This document shows, piece after piece, positions 54,200 to 64,000 of a stretch of DNA of 64,000 nucleotides (its first letter is position 1; every line of letters begins with the position of its first letter). The position numbers were made by a program, and so were the translations under genes. The notes beneath the pieces were generated by a model. That model had not been told where the DNA came from, made no database searches, and saw nothing but the letters and a program-made list of their open reading frames with translations. This DNA comes from Eledone cirrhosa (lineage: Eukaryota), in assembly GCA_964016885.1 (NCBI GenBank), contig OZ024742.1:293508001-293572000 (forward strand). Reading direction: 5' to 3'.

Positions 54200-54409
54200 A
54201 TCAAAGTCCTTCAGCACTCTGCTTGCTGTAGGCTGTGAAGTAGCTAAACCAATACCAGAATCTCCATTGACTGTCGGAGAAAGGCTATCAGCAGACATTC
54301 CACCATTGGTAACTATTTGGTGAACCATGTCGAGTGCCCGTCTCATCTGGGCAAACACACCAGCTCGGTTCTGCTTGGCAGAATGGCAGTCAGGATGGCG
54401 CAAGCATGT
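54200..54409 (-). CDS. CTNNAL1: Alpha-catulin-like gene, internal exon (70 codons, phase 0/0)
   Basis: ttgcag|TCLRHPDCHSAKQNRAGVFAQMRRALDMVHQIVT...VLKDFD|gtaagt. Confidence 0.93.
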
Positions 54410-54914
54410 CTGCAAATATAAATTAAATGATAATTCTATATTTATTTTCTCATTATTCTTTAACTTATAATATACCAAAATGATTTAGCAGCAAATATCT
54501 GAGAATGGGTTTATTAATTCAAATATTTATATCTTTAGTGGTGGACAGATTGTCATGCAATATCTTGCTTGTATGGCTTTGTGCGGTACTTGACATTAAG
54601 AGCTAAATAAATTTCATGACATATATACAATGACAACAACAAACGTTTAAGGCCATTTTCCATGATAAAGCAGCCCCATAATGATCTTCTCCCTGTTGTT
54701 CAATTACCTGCATCTCTCCCTCACCAACCCCATGGCTTTCATTTCCCTTTCCAACATTTTTACCCATGTTTTTCTTCATCTTCCTCTTCTACTTTCTTCC
54801 AGTCATTATCATCACTCCTCTCACCCAGCCCAATTTTGACTTAAAGATTAGAAAAACAAACAAACATAAAAATGAGGTTTCAGTATTCTCACATAATTTA
54901 TTAAGTTGTTTTGT

Positions 54915-55195
54915 TAGTAACTTAGTGACGCAGCAAGCTTGTTGATTACTTATAGTAACTTAGTGACATAGAGACCTTGTTGACCATATAGTGACTCAGT
55001 GACATAGAGATCCTGTTGGTTACTTATAGTTAATAAATTAGTGACATAGAGACCTTGTTGACATATAGGCCCAGTTGACCACATAGTAACTTAATGAGAC
55101 ATAGGCCATTGACCACATAGTGACATAGTGACACAGGCTGTCTTGACCATATAGTGACACAGTGATACATAGGCTGTGTTGACCATATAGTTAGT
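54915..55195. repeat. Degenerate minisatellite of about 35-40 bp
   Basis: tagtaacttagtgacatagagaccttgttgaccata-like units. Confidence 0.7.
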
Positions 55196-56436
55196 GGCAA
55201 GGTTACAGAGATAATATTGGTCCCAGATAGCTTGCAAGCTTTCTTTTACTTTTACAAGGTAATTTTTTTACTATACCCTACTCTTAGTTCTTGTGTTACT
55301 TGATGAGGCCACTTAAAATCAACATTGTTTGAGGAAAATAAAATTGATATACAACATATATATAAATGGAACATGTAAATTACTGCTAGTCAGTTATTTT
55401 CTTCTTTGCCCACTTATTCCTGACAGGGTCATAGAGGCAGAGTCCTCAAACGCTGGATTCCCAAGCAAAACCAGCCAAGCTCATGGATGTTATCCAACCA
55501 TCATGCTCAAGGTCTACCCTTGGGTCTCCTGCTGGTTGGTTTTGCTTGTAAAATCTGTCCAGTAATTCTTTCCTGAGACATTCTAACCATATGCCCATAG
55601 TATCAAAGCTGTGATCTCTCAATTCTTTAATTATAATTTATACATTATATACAGCAGTTGAAATGACTGTCCAGCATAGATAACCATCCTCTTGGGTTAA
55701 AATGAACTCATGAAAAATGTAACCATCATCTTCTATGATACACAGTCAATTTTCAAGACTTATTTTAGGAAAATATTAGCATCTTTGATGCCAAGAAATA
55801 TGGTAATTACAGATATATATTTGAATGACAAAAATAAAACTACAAGACTGAAGCAGTTGGAAAGGTTTTACAATGTCGTATGTCATTAATATCAATAGTT
55901 ATGAAGTTTTTAGTTCCATACATGAATCGATTTAGCAGTGTTGATGGTTTTATAATTAAAAAGTCAATGAACAGACGTAGAATTTAGCTTAATATCATTT
56001 CCTGAAGCTTGATATTTTTACTAAACTGTCTGACTGCAATGAGCCATGAATCACAGCTGTGTAGAATATAAATATGTTGTGAGTGAAGAAGTTGAAGAAA
56101 CACTTTTAATGTCACCAGAGACAAATGTTTTATTCAAATATTCCAACTTGTTAGGATGGAACAGATTCCTCCTCACTTGTGATTCATTTCTTAAGATCAA
56201 TACATTTTCAATAAATATCATTATCATCATTGCCAATTCATCCGATCCATGAAAAGTGGATGTAAAATGACGATAATATTTTCAATACGATTATCCAATA
56301 TTGTCCTAGGGTGTTCCAGGTATTTGGAGACATCAAACGTCACAGGTAGAGAATCTGTCAGGGATCAATAACATGTGAGGTAGATATCAAAGGATATCTG
56401 CCTATTTCATGAGATGAAAGGAGAAACATTAAATAC

Positions 56437-56526
56437 CTTGGACGAAGTTAGCAGCATCATTGTCGCCTTTTCAAGTACTGCACGTGCTGCCCCCATTTGG
56501 GCACGCTGTTTATCACTCTTAAGATC
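56437..56526 (-). CDS. CTNNAL1: Alpha-catulin-like gene, internal exon (30 codons, phase 0/0; absent from ORF track)
   Basis: tttcag|DLKSDKQRAQMGAARAVLEKATMMLLTSSK|gtattt; joins in frame to TCLRHP as in alpha-catulin. Confidence 0.93.
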
Positions 56527-57500
56527 CTGAAAGTTGAAAACAAAATTTTCATTTTTAAACTTCTAAAATTTTAGATGTGAACTTTTAAGTGAAGTAGAAT
56601 TACAATACTTTCATTAGTTTAACAAAATGTTTGGTATAACAGACTTAGAAATCTTTAACTCTTTTGTTAACATATTACTAATGAAAGATACTGTCTGTGA
56701 TTTTCAATTAATTTCTTAAATAACACTGTGTAACAAAAAAAATTTTTTTTCTCTGTTCCTGGCTTGTAATCACTTTTTTTGTGTTGCTTAGATCCCAAAT
56801 AAATAAAAAAAAGTCCTATTAAACAGTTAAAAGTTTGGGTTTGTAAAAATTCTAAGCTATTCGCTAGAATTATTTGTATGCTGGATTTTACGTTGTATGT
56901 AAGTTTAATTTGCTTATGTTAAATGATTTTTTTTATATATGTTTCAGGTTAAATTAAAATTATAAAATAAAGAGTAATACCTAAAGAAAATTATAAAAGT
57001 GCAACAAAGTATAAAATTGTTAAAAAGTGGATTAAAGAGATTTATTGATACTGGATTTTTGCACCCTGAATAAAGGGTAAGTTGTGTTTTAAGCACGGAT
57101 TTTCATTAGTATGATTAGTGTTCTTTTATATTATTTAAATATATATTTCCCTTTCCAATATTTATTTTGTATTTCATATCAAATTTATTTTCCAAGACAA
57201 GTATTCTGATGAAGAGGAGGAGATGGATGCAGAGGACTTGGATTACCTGCCTGAGGTACCAGAAAAAGTTCCTCACTTCCCAAACCAAAAGTTTTTTATT
57301 ATAATAAAAAAAATTAGAGGGATTAAGTAAAACAACTGACTTTCTCGTTATCAAGCTGGTATTTAGAGCAGAATTTAAGCAAAAGTTCTTACAAAAAGTT
57401 ATAATGGAGGGTTTAAATTTAAACATGAGCACTTGAAAAAAAAGTTTTTTCATGGGTGGTTTCAGGCTGGTTGGTATCAAAAGGACTAATGTTCTCAACA

Positions 57501-57554
<54 letters not shown>

Positions 57555-57556
<2 letters not shown>

Positions 57557-57647
57557 TTATTCGTGTTCTTACAACATGGCCTCAATGTTTCAGCAAAGTG
57601 TATATTTGCTGAAATATTGTGGCCATGTTGTAAGAACATTAATAAAT
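57555..57647. repeat. Near-perfect 93-bp hairpin (MITE-like)
   Basis: tgttcttacaacatggcctcaatgtttcagcaaa-gtgtata-tttgctgaaatattgtggccatgttgtaagaaca. Confidence 0.85.
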
Positions 57648-59114
57648 CTCTATATACTACTCTGTTTTCAACATTGAGTTCTTTCTCACTTGTAGTTTAT
57701 TATAAAAACAAGGTTAAAACCATTGCATGTTTGTTTGATTCCATGTGTTTGTATTAATTATGCAGAATTGTATTTTTATTCAGGAAATTATGAGAAAATT
57801 GGCTTCTGAAATAAAGCCAGAAGCATTGAATGAGAAATTAATTTTCACAGCATTTTAGTTCCACAATACCAAAGAATATGATGACAAGAGAAGTAAGATA
57901 GAAAATGTCTACTGCACTTAAAAATTTGGATCGCCCATCTTTCTCTGCTTTAGCTATATAGATTTTTAGTTTATTTTTTCAAAAGCTCTAAGACTGATGG
58001 GAGGATGTTAGTTATATTCAAAACACAAGATATACCTTAAATTTATGCAACAGAGTGGGTTCTGTTAAATGTAACCAAGGACTATGTGGTGGTGGTGGTG
58101 GTGTTGAACTAAACAACATATTAAGTCTCCCACCCAAGTAGACCAGGATGGGATTTGAAACCAGAACACAAAGAGCTGGAATAAATACTGCAAGGTATAC
58201 CATTCAATGCTCTAACAATTCCTCCGGTTCACCCAGACTTGTACTTTATTTATAGAACCCACAAAGAGTGAAAGGTAAAGTTGACCATGGCAAGTTTTGA
58301 ACTCAGAATGCAAAGTACCAGAATAAATATACCAAGGCATTTTGTACACTGCTATAACAACTTTGTCAATTCACCCCATTGATTAAACCCTTTATCACTG
58401 TATCAGATAGAGAGACCCCCCACACTTTAGAATAACACATCATTATAACTATTTCTCTAACTGGGGATTAAAACCCTACATTATAGTGCAGTATAAATAG
58501 AAAGAGACCATCAAATTTTAGAATAATCTATTAAATATATTCCTGGAGCTGGGATTGAACCCCCTCACTAAATTAACAAATAAAGAGGCCACACAGGAAA
58601 TGCTAGTGGAAGGAAGCCGCACTAGAGGACGACCAAGAAAGACCTGGGCAGAGATTGTGAGAGCTGACCTAAAATCTCTAAGACTGGAAGAGGAGATGAT
58701 GAAGGAACATGACAAGTGGAGAGATGCCGTGCTGAGGAGGACCCATCTAACCCATGCAAACATGGAAAAGCAAATGTGGTGGTGGTGACGATGATGATGA
58801 TGATGATATCAGGTACTATTTCTGTAGCTGAGATTTCATGTATTTATAGAATGTATGAATGGAATAAAATATGACAAATTAAAAATTACATAAATATTAA
58901 TTAAAATTATTGTAGATAATGAAATAGAAAAACAAAATAAAATAATAATTTAAGTGTTTATATAGATAGAATACTTAATTACACTATTTTTCGGTTATTG
59001 CAATAATTAACAATTACATAAACAGTGTCTGATTAATGCCACCAATTAGTTTAACGAGATACTGCATTCTCTATTTTTAAGTGTAATCAATGATATTATG
59101 CAAGTAAAAGTTAC

Positions 59115-59330
59115 TCATCATCATCATGTTCCTACAACTGGCGCAGTCAGTTGTTAGGGTGCCACTCCATCATGTATAGAAGGTTCTCGTGTTGTGACCA
59201 ATCCAGTCTTTGATGTTGTCAGACCACAATTTTATTTGTCTGCCTCTCCTTTGCCCTCCCTTGACTGTGCCCTGAGGGATGGTTTTGGACAAAGAGTTGT
59301 GGCAGAATATACCTAGGATCCACTCTGACA
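59115..59330 (-). mobile_element. RTE (BovB-like) 3' fragment
   Basis: LSKTIPQGTVKGGQRRGRQIKLWSDNIKDW with a short (GAT)n tail. Confidence 0.7.
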
Positions 59331-61082
59331 AAAGATGGCAGATCTCAAAAGGACATACTGACAAGACTCGCCCTGGCTGACAGGAACCACTCCTTGTGGT
59401 AGTGAAAAGATGAAAGCTCGCCTGGTATGGTAATATATCCCACTAATAGTTACTAGCTTCATTTGGTTCACTGATGTCCTGGATAATGTCATGAACACTA
59501 CTACTAGTATTTCCTTCTCTTCTTTACAATGATAGCAATACTTTTATACGGTTATTTACATAAACATATTAATTATGCTTTCATATACACACCTATTATG
59601 AACCATGCTATGTTAGTGCCACTTCTAAGTAACCCTAACCAGTCATGTTTGCACTATATGCAAATGAGCAGCTTCTGCAATGTTTCATATGCAAAAATCA
59701 TATAAGCTTTAGCCTATTCTCTATTTCTTTGAGTCATAGGTTTGTTTGATTAGAGTGGACCTGGGGCTAAACAGCCGATGAACTCTAAATTAATTTCTTT
59801 ACATTTAGTTGGATAGCATTGTAAGTACCCCGCCCTCTGGTATACTTCATTTTCATTGTTGGTGCCACAATAAAATATATCTCGTCTATTCTAGATTGAT
59901 CAAATGCCAGCAATATAGGGTAGTCAGAGTCCTTTAGTCACATGAAAGATATGACACCGTTGCTATTGCAGCTGCTTTAATAAACTGGACCCTGTACACT
60001 CTGTAAAGTGGTTGGTGGTAGGAAGAGGCATTTAGATATAGAACCCAAGCAAAAAAATGGAATGTACAAATGAGATGTGGTTCTCCAAGTTCATCTAAGG
60101 GAGGTGGTAATTATGAATAAGAAGTGACATAGAATTTAACAACCTTTCCAACCAATGTTAGCATAGTAAGTAGATGTAAGATGATAATGATGTCATGTTG
60201 AAAAATGCAGTTAAGATTTTTTTAAATATTAAAATGAAATCAAAAATGTATGGCAAGAAGGTTACAGAACATTGTAAGACCTATTTTACTGTACAGATTT
60301 TGAATTACACCAGAGGTAACTTTACAATAAGAGTTCTACAAGAAGTCCTATGTTAAAGAAGTAGATTATGGCCTAGTGGTTAGGGTGTCGAACTCATGAT
60401 CATAAGGTCATGGGTTCAATTCCTAGACTGGGGCATGCTGTGTTCTTCAGCAAGATGCTTCATTTCATGATAAACTGGGGCTTCTTTCAACTAAACACAC
60501 AAGAAACCTGCTATGAGATGCAATCTCATCGAGGTCAGCTAAACCTGCATAGGTGAGAGATGTAAAATTCATTTCATTCTTTATAAGGAGGAGGACATAA
60601 AACAATGGTAATGGTGAGGAGGGGGAGCATAACTTAACAACGGTTCTTACATAAAATTATGATAGGAGGTTTTTAGATAAATATAAACATTTAAAAATAA
60701 ACATCATCATCATCATTTAACATCCATGTGTATAAGAACTAGATTTAAGATTAGAATATTTTCAAGTTCTAAAAATGATTCACAATAACAGTTTCCTATG
60801 TTTAATATTTGTAACTGATACTGAATTGTTCACAATTGACCTTTCAGTTAAAAGGTCAACACCTTTGTTTTATCATTCTTTTTTCAGGTTCAGAATTATA
60901 AATTGTCAATATATGACGAAAAAGAGAGTATGAAAATAAAATATTGGCATTTTCTGAGCTTTCAATATACACACACACATATATATATATATATATACTA
61001 TAGAGTAAAGCATGTCCAGAGAATTATTTGATAATATATATACATCATATATACCTGTGACTTTGTTTAATTGGTGTATGTG

Positions 61083-61130
<48 letters not shown>

Positions 61131-61695
61131 GACAAATAAAATAATGGAGAAGTTAAAAAAAAAAAATCATGCCACTCATTAATATTTTGTTTGAAAGAAA
61201 AATTGAAATTTTTAATTGAATAATTACATTGTGAACCAAGATTAGAATAAATACATCTCTTGGACCATAATTATTTTTTTAATTATCATTCTAAACATGT
61301 CATTTATAACTTATGAAACCTTCTCAAATTAGAAAGGAGAGTCAGCAGGGACTAAAACATGTAGTATGATTAATTTAGTAAAGCTTGTAATGTTGCTGAA
61401 AGATATGTGAAGGTGATTATATAATTATTGTTTTTTTAAGTCCAGAACTGGAGTGTTAATATTTAAATATAGTAAGAGGGTGTTGATGTTTACTTGAAGC
61501 ATTGTGTAGAAAATAGTGTTTTGTTTGAAGGCCACAATAATGTGAATTGGATGGTGATAACTATGGTGTTGCAGTTCTTTATAGGTTCTTTATATATTTC
61601 AGGATAAAATCCCTTCATCAAAAGGTTAATAAAAGAAACAAGAGCAGATCTTAAGAGTGACAAGAAAATATAGTTCTGAACTAGTTGGTGCTTTT

Positions 61696-61967
61696 TGCCA
61701 TAGCACCAGTACTGTGGGAAAGTGAGTGACATGTTGTGGGGACAACCTTGAAGAGAGTGAGTTGTGTTTGGTAGTGTATTGTGGAGTGTGTCCAACTTTC
61801 CATACATGCATGCTTTGGACAGGAAAGATGTGCCATGGCACCAGCACTGTGGTAGAGTGAGTGACGTTGTGGGGACAGCCTTGGCGATACTGAGTTGCAT
61901 CTAGTAGTGTATTGTGGAGTGTGTCAGATTTTCCATACATGCATGCTTTGGACAGGAAAGATATGCC
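61696..61967. repeat. Tandem duplication of about 134 bp
   Basis: tgccat.gcaccag.actgtgg...ccatacatgcatgctttggacaggaaagat twice. Confidence 0.85.
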
Positions 61968-63257
61968 AGGGATATTTCAGTATATCTATATTTTCAAACC
62001 AAAATATTTATATTCACCAACAGTTTAGTATTGCATGGAGCATTAGGAAAAAATCATTATTCATCTACACTGACTACCTAATTCGTTTCTTAGTAACCAT
62101 TCTAATATGATAAGTTCCATTTGATCATTCGAGAGTTTGTAACAAATTCAATATTATGCTTTATTGGATGATTTTATCGATAGTTAAAACAGGAAGACAA
62201 TTTCAAATAATCTAAAAAATAAAAGTTTTTTTTTTTATCTTTCAACACTGAATACCTTGTAGAGAATAATCTACATATATCTAACCATTTTGATACCAAA
62301 CCTCCTAAACCACCTATGGTACTATGGCACAAAACTGTTTATTTTAAAGTGTTTGTATTTATCTAAAGACTTTCTATCATAATTTAATTAATGTAAGAAC
62401 CTTTATTAAGTTATGCTCCTATAATGGCTAGGAAAACTGATGAAAGGGAATGTAAGGAATGTGTGATGGTGTGTATGAGAGATACATGAAATTTATTCCA
62501 TGCCTGTTGTTTATGTTTGGACAAAAAAAGCTAACAAGAGTGGACAGAGAAAATTGCTGCATCTGTTTGTTTAAAATAGATTATTTATTTCATCAAATAT
62601 TGAATTTGAAATTACTTTCAAATTTTCAGATAATTCATGGAAATCAAAAGGTTAACAATATGAAAATCATGAAAAATTGATGAATGAAATTGCAAACTAA
62701 AGAATATTTGTGTGTGTAAATGTTTTGTATGAAAGAGAAACAGATAGGCTAATGACTTGGGTAAAGAATTTAGAGATTGTAAGAGATGATAACCATGTCA
62801 AGCTGTCATAGTCACTGACCTGCAGTAAAGCCAGCAATTGCCCAAAGGCCTCTTCTGTTATCAAAATCTGTGACCAACTGAGTGAAAGCTAGCTTGTAGC
62901 ACAAATTTTTATCCCAAAAGGGGATGTTATACTGAGTTCAGTAAATTGCATGGCTTATGCACTGAAATTAATGAATATTGATCCACCAATGCATACAATA
63001 TTAAAATAGCTGTAGTTTTGTGCAATAATATCTTGGCCAATGTGTGATTTTACTGCACTCAAACTCCTGCTTAATAACAAGAAAGTCTGTTGTATTACTA
63101 AATCCCTCTAAATTTTGTATTGTTTTCGAAATTATAAAACAGTATTTGTCATTAGAAATATGTTGAAGAAAAGGTTAAATTATGCTCCAGATACCAGCTT
63201 AATATTAAGAAACTTATATTAAATTCCATTGAGTAAGTAGGAACACAACTTACTTTT

Positions 63258-63333
<76 letters not shown>

Positions 63334-63762
63334 TAGGTAATTCCGAAGAAAAGGCAAAGGAAAAAGAGTGCTCTATGTATAGAACAGAGCTATTTAATTA
63401 GAAATAAATATATATATACATCATATATAGTGTATAATATATACTGTACACAGTGTATATGTAATGTATATAGTGTATATTTGAGTTGTGATGTCACTGG
63501 TGCCAAACTGTATCAGCCACTGCCTTTCTCTTGGACAATATATAACGTATATATACTGTACATAGTGTATATATATATATATATATAGTGAATATATAAT
63601 GTATATATAGTGTATATATGAGTTGTGATGAACCAACAAACTTAAATATATATATATATATTTATTTAGGTTTCTTAGTTCACCACTGGATAGAACTGGT
63701 CATTCCATATGGTCAACCTCGATGTAGCCTCCTGTTATTTTATAATAAATATATATATATAT

Positions 63763-64000
63763 GGAGGCACATGGCTTAGTGGTTAGAGAATTGGGCTTGC
63801 AATCGAAAGGTTGTGAGTTCAATTCTCAGACCGGGTGATGTGTTGTTTCCTTGAGCAAGACACTTTATTTCACATTGCTCCAGTTTACTCAGCTGTAGAA
63901 ATGAGATGATAGGACTGGGGTCCCTATCATTCCACTGCAAAGTGGTCGTGGAGGTGCCACGGCAAAAAAGCACCCAGCCCACACTGTAAAGTGGTCATGG
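63763..64000 (+). mobile_element. CORE-like SINE (same family as 32017 and 37424), cut by window end
   Basis: ggaggcacatggcttagtggttagag... nearly identical to the other copies. Confidence 0.9.

Overview
AT-rich animal genomic DNA. The repeat types (CORE- and Meta-like tRNA SINEs, RTE LINEs with (GAT)n tails, long TA/CATA tracts) suggest a cephalopod, probably an octopod; this is inference. The only host gene is an alpha-catulin-like gene on the minus strand, with three phase-0 coding exons (56437-56526, 54200-54409, 26144-26347); everything else appears intronic. The introns contain: a head-to-tail cluster of RTE LINEs separated by degenerate (TA)n tracts; several Penelope-like elements with inverted pseudo-LTRs and minimal hammerhead ribozymes, including U3-A8 covariant cores and a perfect 326-bp double-hammerhead palindrome; a decayed DD37D (maT) transposon; TTAA MITEs; SINEs; and a CpG-decayed U6 retropseudogene. 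Most notable: the RTE polymerases carry a complete C4HC3 PHD finger inside the RT domain, and LINE and SINE 3' modules appear to have been exchanged between families. Nearly all IY/HT/VC-rich ORFs in the track are microsatellite artefacts. All calls were made by eye; no searches or folding programs were run.
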